Below the pieces are notes generated by a model, which worked only from the letters and a program-made list of their open reading frames with translations, was not told where the DNA came from and made no database searches. From the NCBI GenBank assembly GCA_012295275.1, contig CM022670.1:26908001-26972000 (forward strand): DNA of 64,000 nucleotides, read 5' to 3'. This DNA is from Chrysomallon squamiferum (lineage: Eukaryota > Animalia > Mollusca). This document shows, piece by piece, positions 1-12,905 of the stretch (position 1 is the first letter of the stretch; each line of letters starts with the position of its first letter). The position numbers and the translations under genes were made by a program.

Positions 1-460
1 TCATACACATTCATACATACACTGTATACACACATTCATATCAAAATGTATTACATACATTATATTTTGTCCTCAGCTTTTTTCTGTTTTTAAATATATA
101 TTAAACTAATTAATGGACTGTTGAATTTTGACTGTGTAAGCAAAACAATAATAAAAAATAATAATAGAAGGTTGAGGATTCGTTATTTGAAATTTCAAAA
201 TCCAAAACTTTCCAAAGCAGCAAAAATAGTGATATGTTACAGATCTCAGACTTTTTTGCATATACAAACTTTATTTTATGAACAAAATTATTAAGTTTTA
301 TATAAAATGTATTAACTGTATATAAAATACAAATGGATTTGCATTTACACAATAATCCACTTCTCAGGTTATCACAATCTATTTCAAACTCTGAAAGACT
401 TCCTATCACAAGCATTTTGGATAAAGGATTCTCAGTCAGCATATTGGTAATGTTACTTAC

Positions 461-1416
461 AGAACTTCTGAGATACTCAGCAAGATTACTTCTTGTGAAG
501 TTAGCAGCTGCACGAGGTGAGAGTTCATAACCTACAAGAGATATTGTAAAATTACAAATGATTATACTGTTACACAAATCTGAAATACAAGTGCTAAATT
601 TGAAGTTTTAGAGGAAAAGAAGTATTTTAAAACAATGACACTCTTCACATAAAAAAGACTTCTTTTCTGTTCTTTTCTTCTTTTGATTTTGCTTCTTCTT
701 TTACAGTAAATGAGTTATTTGTATAATTACGTACATTATACTAAGTTTACTTTGTATGCATATTATGCTTTATTTTTGTTACAATAAATCCAACAGATAT
801 TTATATATGGTCAGACCGGATAAATGAACAGATGGCCCGTCGCAATACTCACCATTTCTCATTTTATACAGCTGAATATTTTTAGATATGTATTCTGCAA
901 ATTGAACTGTATCTCCAGGTTCACCTGTCACTGACAACAGAAGCTTATCACTTAATTTAAACATTTTGTCTTGATCTAGAAAAAAAAGTTTAAAAATATA
1001 TGTACAACAATAAATAAATAAACAGAGAAATAAAAATGAGACAATGTTAATGTAACGATTCAATGTTTACATTGTTTTAATGTTTCTTCTCAAAATAATT
1101 ATAAAGTTTAATTTTTATTCACAAGACTGCGAAGCCAATGTAACTGTTTATTTGCATTACTTAATACAGTAATAATTTAATTAATTGTTGATATTAAAGT
1201 ATTAACTAGTACCATTAATAATAATACTTCTTTATTACTATATTATATAATTATAATATTACTTATTTATTAGTACTAATATAATAGTATTAATAAAAAT
1301 AATATTATTTTGAATGCTTTTATACCTTGTTTTATAACAACAATACTGCGTGCAGCAACCATATCGCAAGCTGTTAAAACAAAATCTTTTCCCTGAATAC
1401 CTATAAGGAACTCCAT
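461..1416 (-). CDS. PSMB2: Proteasome subunit beta type-2, 5' part (remaining exons lie beyond the window start)
   Basis: Exons 1416-1326 ([30 protein letters not shown]), 975-853 ([42 protein letters not shown]) and 531-461 ([23 protein letters not shown]). Junctions are GT-AG and in phase. [25 protein letters not shown] is the PSMB2 signature. Confidence 0.96.
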
Positions 1417-1740
1417 GTCTGAAAATTATAAATTCTATTCTGAAATGCACTGCTCGAAATTTAGGGTGAGAAAGCAATTTGTTAGACTTCCGGTTTTTTT
1501 AATTTTATTTATTAGACTCGCAGTGAATAACATGATTTCATTGCTAAAACTAAAATAAAGCAATTATAATTTTATATTCACAATGGTATAAAAAATATAT
1601 TATTTATGAAATTATCGAATGCAGTATATTGAATATAATTGCTTATTTAGATTTTTATTTTTCTCTACTGATGTCACATCTAAATAATTAATTACAAAAT
1701 CCAATATCACATTTGTTCCGAAACGATAGAATCCTATATC

Positions 1741-1745
<5 letters not shown>

Positions 1746-1793
<48 letters not shown>

Positions 1794-1811
1794 CAACAAC
1801 AACAACAACAC
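1746..1811. repeat. (CA)n followed by (CAA)n microsatellite
   Basis: Direct reading. Confidence 0.95.
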
Positions 1812-2121
1812 AAAAATACACACACCAAAAAAAAAAAAAAAAAAAGCAAACAAACACGTAAGTATAATAACAAATAAAATATATTGATTATTTCTAGTTA
1901 TATTATTATTATTATTATTCGTTTTCAGTCAGTTGTTTAAAATATACTTTATAAAATAAAATTAAAATTATTCTATTTGAAAAAAGAGATTAAATTAAAC
2001 TTTATTTAATTTATGAATAAAGGTTTTTATGTGACCAACATATCAAAGTATAGTAAGTACTAGGACCATATTGGCACGTATATGCAACGTAAATATGGTC
2101 CATGCTAACAGTTAATAACGA

Positions 2122-2152
<31 letters not shown>

Positions 2153-2163
2153 TTCTTCTTCTT

Positions 2164-2194
<31 letters not shown>

Positions 2195-2213
2195 TTATTA
2201 TTATTATTATTAT

Positions 2214-2251
<38 letters not shown>

Positions 2252-2296
2252 ATTGTAGTAGAAGAAGAAGAAGTAGTAGTAGTGTATTATTAGTAT
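2122..2296. repeat. Compound microsatellite (TTTC)(TTC)(TTA)(GTA)(GAA)
   Basis: Direct reading. It explains the spurious ORF at 2102-2293. Confidence 0.95.
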
Positions 2297-2390
2297 TATT
2301 GCTGCATTAATGCAATTAAATGATAAAAATCGGAGTATGAGTATTTCCAAATAACATCGAAACAAAATTGTATTACATTTTCGGTTACTT

Positions 2391-2461
<71 letters not shown>

Positions 2462-2723
2462 TTTATTTTTTTTTTTTTTTTGTCTGGGTTTTATTTATTT
2501 ATTTATTATTATTTTGATGCATTTGCAAAGCTTTGGGGGTTTCTGTAAACTGTACCACAATATTTATTTATTTCACATGGATGTATGGTATTTTATATTT
2601 TAAAGAAATAATAATACAAAATAAAAAATTATGGACAGTCGACGGTAAATTAGAAACTGAGACAACAATAGTTATAATAAAGTACTGGTAATCATCATCT
2701 ATGCTGTAGTAACAATAACACTA

Positions 2724-2764
<41 letters not shown>

Positions 2765-2772
2765 TAATATAA

Positions 2773-2845
<73 letters not shown>
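2724..2845. repeat. (AAT)n and (AT)n microsatellites
   Basis: Direct reading. Confidence 0.95.
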
Positions 2846-2849
<4 letters not shown>

Positions 2850-4574
2850 TAATAATTCCTGTTCCGCCTTCCTGTGAATACCAATTTCATACCAGAAGAA
2901 CTTTTGAACATTCGAGAGCTCGCCGCTCAGAGCTTGTCAATTTTTTACGCAGACTAGATAAATTTGCATTATTGTGTATTATATTAAATCTAATACTTTT
3001 CTTTTCTGCGGAAACATCGATAGTAGTAAACACTAAATCGAGTGATAATCTAATTGGATAGGTAAGTTACCGAAATTATTCCGAAACTTTTCCTTTTCTT
3101 TTTTTTTTTTTTTTTTTTTTCTCGGTTGTTACTAGCCTATCCTGGTATTCAGATTATTGTCATGTTACTGCGATGTTATTGTTTGTCTGTTTTAATGTCT
3201 GGCTTGTGGATTTGAATTAGATTGTTAAACATTTTCTTTTTAAAATTCAAATCCATAAATGGTAGAACAATTTTCTATTTAAAAACAATTGGGAAATTTT
3301 GAGCTAAAAAGTGTAACAGTTCTGAAAATTTATTATTTTAAATTTACAAATATTCAAATTATAATACAAATTCAATTGGCAACTTTCATATAAATTATAT
3401 TTTAATTTATTTATTTATTTTTTTTTTTCTCAAATAATTTCTGATAATTTAGTTCTGTGAATTACTGACAGAAGTTAAACAATATTTTTCAGTCTAAGTT
3501 CACTTTGATTTGTCAAAACACTCAGCTTTTCCTTCATATCATCTAATAAATACCACTGTTCCCACAGTGATATTTATTAAATAATTCCTTGTTTCAAAAA
3601 TCATAATTACACAATTAAAACATTGAAGAAATATCACTGAATTTAAATCGATAATCAAAATGGTCAGCATGTAAAAATCTACATCCTTTATTGATCTTTC
3701 ATTTAAAAACAAAGACTAAATCATTTACAAGCACAGTCTGGATGCTAAATACCATTTTATTTTAATTGTATCTGATATTTTTATTTTTGCACGAGCAGAA
3801 GGATAACAGATTATGGCCAAAATTTCAGTAAAATCTCTGCTGACAAAGGCATAGTCCTAAAATGCAAGATTACAAGATAACATATAAATTGATAGTTCTT
3901 AAATACGTCTATGCCTTTTGAATGGTTTAGAAAGGTTTGGAAAATTGTTGAATATTTGTTGTTTTTACTTTTATTTGGTATTAATTTAGATAGATTATGA
4001 ACCAGCACTGGAAAATTCATTTAAACTGAAAAATAATTTTAAGAAAATTGTTCATAAATATTTTATAATTTCAGCAGTTTTAAGTAAATAACTTTTCAAA
4101 GTATCCTAATTAATGCATTTGTACTAAATACTCATTCATTTTGAATGGGTAAATATTGTTTGATTTTAATTAATTAATGTAGTTATTAAATAATGAGTAA
4201 ATCAATACCTTATACAAGTATATTATAAATTAAATTGTCTATATAAATTGAAGTGAATAAACTAAATAAATTTTTAAATTTTTATCTTCTTGAAACAGTT
4301 TTCCTGTTGACTTCATGCAATTTCCTGTCTTCCATCCTTTAAAGAAAAACCTCATGTAGTAAAAGTTCTCATCATAGACTGCATAGGTTGTTTTTTTTTT
4401 TCATTTTTTTTTTTAGTATCATGAAAAAGTGAAGAAGGTGGTAACCAATTAAATTTATTTTATCAGAATGAATGATGGATTATGTCATTTTTGTGTAAAA
4501 ATATAATTATTGATATAACCTGTTAATTGTTATTTTAAACATTTTTTCGTTCATTTTCTCCAGAAACGTTAACA

Positions 4575-7500
4575 ATGGCTGTCAATGTTTATTCAACAAA
4601 TGCAACACAGGACAACCTCAGTCGTCATGATATTTTATCATGGGTCAATGACAGCATGCATACACAGTATCAGAAAATTGAAGAATTGTGTACAGGTATG
4701 ACAAACAAATTTTCTTTTAAAATTACTGACACTTGAACCTTTTTTTTGCAAATAGTTTTGTATAGTACATCATTAAAGATTTTTAACAATATTTATGACT
4801 AACATACAACATGATTGTAATTTAATTATTAATTAATTTTTCTGCTGATATTTTATGGGTTAAATTGTGGAATGAAAAATTGTTTTATGGATGTTTTTAT
4901 TGCATAGGGAAATTTCCAAAATGAACATGAATGCCACACAAGATGAAGAACTTGATACTATAAATCATTTTAGTTTTCTTTAGACATAACATAGTGTTTG
5001 AACTTGTAACTTAAAACATTCTGCATGTCATATATAAATTATAACAACTGTTTTTGTCAATTTATATTTAACATAGGATTATTTTCAAATAAGTTGCAAC
5101 ATACATTTTTATCATTATTGTTAATATACATATATACATACATACATACATACATATCTATATCTATAGATATATATACGCGCACACACACACACACACA
5201 TACACACTGTGGTATCGTCTTGTATTGTGGGGCCGAGCAAAAGTGACCTACATTGCAGGTATCATCTCATCAGAGGGACAAAAAATGCAAGAATTTTTTT
5301 TGAACATACATTCTTTATTCACATCCATCACATCAGTACCCACAACAAACATAAAACATGGCCAGGCATTGCCTTAGCAAGCATTAGAGGTTTTCCCTAA
5401 AACACAGTAGCAAATACACTGAATTCATTGATGGACATAAAAAATACAAACTTATTGTGTACATCTTTTTTAAAACATAATAAGCATAATGTTTTAAAAT
5501 ATATTGTTTGAAACCTAATTAGAGGTCTGATTAGTACCAGCCATGCATCTTTTTCACCTCAAAAGTACTAGTAATATGTGGTGTTCATAAAACAAATATT
5601 TATGAAATAATGTTGAATGACTGAATTACCAAAATTATGTACCAAATGGTTTGAACATGCACAGTTTGTCAGGCAAGCATTTGGTTATTGCAGTTCACAG
5701 ACATTCTGGTTTGACAAAAACAAAACTTCTTGCATGCTCGGAGAAAACAAAAACCAATCCAAATCAGTATGACTCATCATGTTAGCAGTGAAATAATAAT
5801 TTTAAAAAAAAACGCTGTGTGCATTTAGCAGGTATCTACTGCTCTAAAGGACATATCTACTGAAACACAATTGGTCTCAGAAAAGTCTCTACATTCATCT
5901 TAGGGACACTAAAGATGGGTACCGCTGTGTGTGTGTATAGTTATATGAAAATCAAAATGCTTTTTATGATAAACAGATCCAATCGCAGATTTAACTGTGG
6001 TTAATTGCATATTCAGATATTATTTTGACAGGCACAGTATTTCAGTTCTTATAATCTGAGTGAAAGAAACAAACAAAAATGATAATAAAAATCCTCATTA
6101 ATTCTTAACGTGTGTATTTAAATAGCTTTCATTATGATATACCTAATTTTAAACTATTTGTGGATTTTGTTTGAGTGTGAAAGTTTATAATATTTAAAAA
6201 TTTAATTCATACTAAAATATCTTGGAAGCTTTTAACATTTTATATTGTAAATGATGGCTGTCATGTATCCATTTGAATTAGACTCCTCTCATTATGTAAT
6301 ATATTTTATAGGCACAAATAACATGGGAAGTATAAAATTTCAGCATCTTGACAACAAAATATTAACAGTTTTAATTTCTGTTTTCTTTGCATCCAGATAA
6401 TTTTAAATGGTGGCCATTTCCACCCACCCATATTTGCAATAACATTGTTCTTCCCAAAATATTCATTTTAAGTTTAAAATATTCATAACTTGCACTTTAA
6501 TGTGTTGATCATATGTAATTCTCTTTTTGAAAATTGATACACATTGTAATAAAGAACAAAGTGATAAAAATAATTGGTGACAACTATATTCAGAATGGCT
6601 TTTGACAGATGATACATTGGCTATACACATAAATTAAATGGCATATTAATTAACTTTCATTTTGAAATATCAAAATGGAGTTGGTTTTATTCATGTCCAG
6701 TGCTTTACCATAGTAGTTATTTGTTATGTGTGTTAATTAATAATTGTTTCTTTTGGTTTAGCAATTCTTACTTATTTTTGAAATAAATATTTGTCATAAT
6801 AACTTGTTAATAACTGATTTTAAATTCAGTAGACATTTACCTCATTTGAATTATTTTAAAATAAATTTTTGTAATTACATTATGTAGAAATTTAAAATAA
6901 ATAATTAATGATTGGTGTGTGTGGCCAGTTTTATTATTATTATTTTTTTTTTTTTAATTTGTTTTTGTATCAGAAAGATTTAGTCAGTTGTGATAAGTTC
7001 TTTCTTCTTTTTTTTATTTTTTATGGCTAAACAGATACAATAAATTTCATATTTTAAAAACTTTCAAATTAAATTGATGATTATTTTAAAAAAAGAAGAA
7101 AAAAAATGAAAGTACATTTCAGCAAGACAAGCTTAAAATAAAACAATAATACACCCAAAATTAATCTGATTAATTTTAATAACTGTACCTAAAGCATTAA
7201 ATTATAATTTATAAAAATTGTTTTTGAGCTGTTTGACAGAAAGTAATAAGTAACTAGTTTAATAAATTATCAGAAAATTACACGTCTGTCATTTCTAAGA
7301 TATCTGAACTGATTTTAATAGAACACATGTGAATAGGTACAGGTTTATTATGTTGTCTAAATTATGATATTCATAATATTTAAATTTTCCGTGTATAATC
7401 ACATTATTATTATTTTGTAAAACCATTCATTTATTAGAATACTGTCTCAGAAAATATGCAGAAAAAAGTTAATTGTATAATATTAAATTATTTTGGTTTA

Positions 7501-8248
7501 TTTTATACAAATAATTCATCATGAATATTTCCAGGAATGTTATTTTAATATTTACTTCAATTTTTGCAGGAGCTGCATACTGCCAGTTCATGGATATGTT
7601 GTTTCCAGGTAATATACACTACATTTACGTTTTCTCAGATATTCTAGTATTTGATTTGTGTACCTAAGGCATTTAAATAAGAAAATTTTGTAGGGCTCAT
7701 TTTAGATTATATGCTGGGGATGAAACCAATCAGATTTATCAAGAAATCTGGGTGTTATCATTAACAGATAGTGATGTAAAATAGTTTTATTACTTGCATC
7801 AACTAGAGGCAAATATCTCGATGCCAGGAAGCCCATGTTAAACCCATGGGTGATTGAAGCAGCTCACTGGTGTATTTGTTACTGTTACTAGTGTAAAGAT
7901 TATAAGATATCTTAATGACTTTTCAAGGTTCCGTGTGAGCCAGAACTGGTTTTAAAATGTTTGTGAGATGAAATAAGTTTAAAGGATAGTTTGTAATATC
8001 TCCTTGTAGACATTGCTTGTAATTTACAGTTTGCATGGTTTCATATTTCAGTGTGGTTTTGATGTTTTTTCTTCTTTTAAATAAAAAAGATAAACAGGTT
8101 GAGTGTAATTTTAACATTTATCCCAGTTTTCATTTAACTTAGTCTTCTTTTGTAGTGGTCAAATGTTAATAATGTTGAAAATAAATGGGTTTTTTTTTAC
8201 CTTGTAATACATTTTTATACTTATATTTACTGGTTCTAATTGTTGTTG

Positions 8249-8283
<35 letters not shown>

Positions 8284-11200
8284 ACTATTGTGCTCAGTAC
8301 TATTTTCTGAACAGTTTGTAGATTTATATGCTTGTTTATTTGACGTTTTCCATTCAATGAGGGTAATGAAAAACACATAAATGATTTTTTTATCATATGT
8401 AATATATTTCTCTGTGAATGTACAATTTGGAAACGGCTCTGTAAAACTAAAATATTAATTACCCATCTAGCTTTATATTTTAATTATAAATCAGCTAAGC
8501 TCACTCTATTGATCATAGAGGATTGTCTTTTATTTTTGTTGACACTGTGTTGTGGCAACACTCAGCAAGTTACTCATAATAAAATCTCTTTGATAAGTAA
8601 TTTGTTTGCTTTTAGACTTGTAATTAATTTATTAAGGACATGCATTAGCTCATGGATACATCTCTAATCATATTTGTCCTCAAAGGTCATTATTTGTGAA
8701 ATGGGGGACATGTATGTCCAAGCATCCTAAGTCTATATACATTTGACCTGAATTAATTAGTTTATCAAGCTTTTTTTTATTGATTCAGCAGCTTGGGAGA
8801 CTGGCATGCTATGCATATTAATTAGGTTGTGGTGACAACAAACATTCCTTGCTAAGCCTAGTACTAAAACAGACTATATTATATATTATTATAGCTACAA
8901 ACAAGTGTGATAAAGTTGATAAATGAATAATTATGCCTTTTCCTCACCTGTCAAATATATATTTTTTAATATAACATTTGTGAAAAGTAAACTGATGGTT
9001 ATCAGTAATTTGTTTTCATTTAAAAAAAGAGAGAAAAATATGATAACTTTTTTCTGTCCAGTATGTGTATTTTTTTTTTTGCTGACTGGGTAACCATTTC
9101 AGGTGTACTTCCCATGAAACGAGTGAAATTCAGCACGAAATTAGAACATGAATATATACAGAACTGGAAGCTGCTTCAAAGCAGCTTCAAGAAATGCAGT
9201 GTTGACAAGGTGAGATTGCAAAAGGCACTGAGCGCGGTGATGGTGTGCAGGGCAGTGGCACTTCTGGATGCAAACTGGAATGTTTATGTTTGCAGCTTAA
9301 TCAGCATGACTAATACCTTTGATCCCTGTTCTTACCTCATACCACATTTACATGTAGCTCAAACGATGTGAAATGGTGTAAGGAGCTGTCTGTAACTTAA
9401 AACTGTCTGTGTTGTTCTGTATTTCAATTTTAACTTGAGTAACAATTGTTCTTAATATGGTGACATCCAAGAATATTTAGTGGGCCAGATTTCAGAGCTA
9501 AACTTGAAAAATGATTTATATATGTGACAGGTTTTGACATTCTTTATCTCATGTCAGTCTCCATACAGTTAAAAGTATCAAGAATGTAGTGTCACCTAAT
9601 ATACACATCCATTCACACAAGATATCTTGCTACATTCTTCTCAATTGTTTTTCTGATTAACCTAGTTTGTAATTTTGTTTATATACATACAAAACAAGTA
9701 TTTGTTTTCAGTTTTAGTGATTTATAGTTATTAGAATAAAGGTAACATAATCTTTACATTAATAACGAACAAATTAAGTTTCTATAATATGAAATAAACA
9801 TTATATTATGTTGTGTTTCCTGACTAATTCACTCTTTGACCTACATGTACAGTGGCAGCACCATTATCTTACTTTTTTTAAAATTCATTTACTACAAACA
9901 TATTCTCTTCAAAGGTTTAACATTATTTCAGTTTATTATTTCAAACCAATCTGTATATTCACAGAAAATTGTTAACTTCTATTTTTTATTTTTTGGTTTT
10001 ACTTTTGGTTTATTAATATTGTTTTGTTTTGTTTTTTTGAAGGGAATACATTTGTTTATTAGAATGAAACACAAACCAATGAAAAACATTGTTGTGCATG
10101 ATATAGATTTTTCAATAGGAGGGTGGAGAGAATGCATGTAATAATTGTTTTTAAAGTAAATGTTGCATGGTATTAAATTCTAACATTTATAAAAGTGCCA
10201 AGTTGTTAAATACGTTAGTGAGATTTTGTGTGAAGATACAAACAATAACAATAAGTAAAATGTCAAAAGCATGTGTCATGATCCTTTATGTGCCAATTTC
10301 AACTGAAATTAAAATTGTAGGGAAAGTATTATCCCTGAAAATGTTTATAAGATTGTTAGGACAGCTAATTCTGTTTTGGAATTTTACTAATGAGGGCAAA
10401 TATATGTTCTTAAAAAGAAAATTTTAAATTAATAAAATAGTATTCATTCCATTCCTTTTTTTTTTTTTTGTTAAAGTATCTCACGTACCTGTGGACATTT
10501 ACTTAAATTATCATATGGTAAATATCTTTTTTTGGAATTTAAACCATGCAACTTGAATTTGGGAGAAATAAGCATTTTTCTCAGTATTTTGTCAGATGGT
10601 TACTAAAGCATTCTCAGATCTGAACATGTTTGAAATTGGTTTGTTGTTCATTTTCTTCCCCTCCAAGCAGTTCCAGTGCTTTGCAATCCCTGTTCAACGA
10701 ACTGAGATGACAACGCTGAGACTCAGCACTGCATGATGTTGGATTTCAAAAACTAACCAACCCAACAACAGGTGTGACATGCCCATTTTGTCGTGCTCAA
10801 CAGGTGTACATTATTTGTTTTAATTCTTGCAGGTTCAGTACAATTGAAAAAGTTAAAATTCAATACGAATTTAGAACACGAATACATAAACAATTTCAAG
10901 ACACTACAAGCAGCTTTTGCAAAACTGGGTGTCGACAAGGTGAGTTTCACTCATCTAGATTAAGTGCTGCACTTGTGGTCGATATATTTCATTATGTAAC
11001 ATGTGTTTTGTTGTTTCTCGCGTAGTTTTCTCAATTCGCTTTAATTATCTGTGCTTTCACCCTTTCAAATACCTTTCATCAGTGGTCAAGTGACAGAATA
11101 ATCAAAATTGCTTCAGCTTCAAAAATTCTTTTCAAGCACTGGAAAAAAAATTTGTTGAAAAGTTCAGTATTTAAATATAAAGATTTCATTTTGAAAAAGA

Positions 11201-12874
11201 AAGAAAACAAAAGATCTTGTTGTGAAAAGTGCTTGTAGCTGAAGTTATAAATACATGAATGTTTTCATTTCAGCCTTAACTATGTAATGTATGTACATAA
11301 TTAGATATATTACACAAAAATAATAACAGTAAAAATGTATTGAAACATTTTGATAATTGTTTACAGTTCATTTATTTTTACATTCATCAAAATTAAAAAC
11401 AGATTTTAGAATTTTGCTGGTAAGTTACACAACTGAATTATTGTATGGCTTCAGTCAAATGCAATATGTATACTTTTGAATTATTTGTAAATATTATAAT
11501 CATAATAATGGGGTTTTTATTAGAAGATGTAAACTAAAAACATCAATTTTAAAAAAAAGTAATAGCTTTTCTTTGTTGCTTTTGTTTAACATTATAACTT
11601 TAAAGCTTTTGGACTTTGGTGTTTTTGCTTTGATGATATAAAATAGAAGCCTTAGTTATTGCATTGGCAACAATAATGCATTTAAACGTATATATAAGTT
11701 ACCTCTGACAAGGAAAATATATGTTAGATAATATAAGAAACAAAGTTATGGTGTACATGCATTAAGAAATTTGATGGGGGGGTTTTTGGTGTTTTTTTCA
11801 CATAATCTGAAGTAGTAAACACACTGGTCAGGTTCTTGCAAGTGAATTAATTATGAACCAGCTTTAAATTAAATGGTTTTAGAGAGGGTTTTTAAAAAGA
11901 ACAAAAAAAACAATCCACCTGTTAATATGTTAAGATACTTAATTTTCATTTGTGGAGAAATTACATAACCCAATTAGCATTTAAGCTCTTGTTACATACC
12001 GAAGACCAAAAGAGCTAATGTTCAAAACATTGTCATCAGACAGTACTGGTAAGTTTTGTTTTACATGTCCTGGCACAAGATCTCTTCATAACTTTTTTGT
12101 TTTTAAATAAACATAAAATAAAAAAGCTTCCGTTACTAGCACCTTTTTACAGAAAGTTTTAATTTGTTAACTTCTTATGGTTTTAATGTCAACCTGTTCA
12201 TATTTCATTGAACTCATTTCTTAACAAAGAACTTAACAAAAGTAACTTTAAACAACTACAAATGGTATAATTAATGTCTCCATAATTTATTAATGACATT
12301 ACTGTTTCACTAACAAAACTAACTCACAACATTAATTTCTGTATTACAACAAATGTCTTTAAATTTCGGCATTATTTTAAGGTATTAAATTGTTCATGAA
12401 AACAGTTCAGATTACAGTGTGTTTACACAACAATTTCACCTGCACTTTTTTAATAGAGGTGACGATTTTTTAGATTATTATTAACATCAATGTTGTAAAT
12501 AAAAATGTAACTTATTGGCATCTTGACATTATTTAACCTTGCAAGTAGATACAAGAGGTAAAAAAATAAAAGTGATTTAATGTTCTAATCTAAAATTAAT
12601 AATAATATTTAACTCAGCTGTGCAGCACTGTATTTATTACTAAAATTAAGATTAATATTGGAATAAATCTGTAAAACATTGAGAAGTAAATAACTAATAA
12701 AAATATGTAAAATATAGATTTAATTGTTGATACAGTGAAATGTAATCATTACAGCCAGTTATAATGGAATGTGCTAAAATATTTTGTTTTACTTTGTATA
12801 TGCCTTCAAAATAAAATTTGATAAAATAATTTCTTTTTCTTAATTTTTTTAATTTTCAATTTATTTATTTAGTT

Positions 12875-12905
<31 letters not shown>

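Noticed and set aside
2063-2101. 10-bp inverted repeat GGACCATATT/AATATGGTCC
   Set aside because: Short and isolated, with no supporting element structure.
2102-2911. Poly-F/L/V and YI-repeat ORFs (also 18476-18763, 42908-43134 and 53118-53351)
   Set aside because: Translations of microsatellites.
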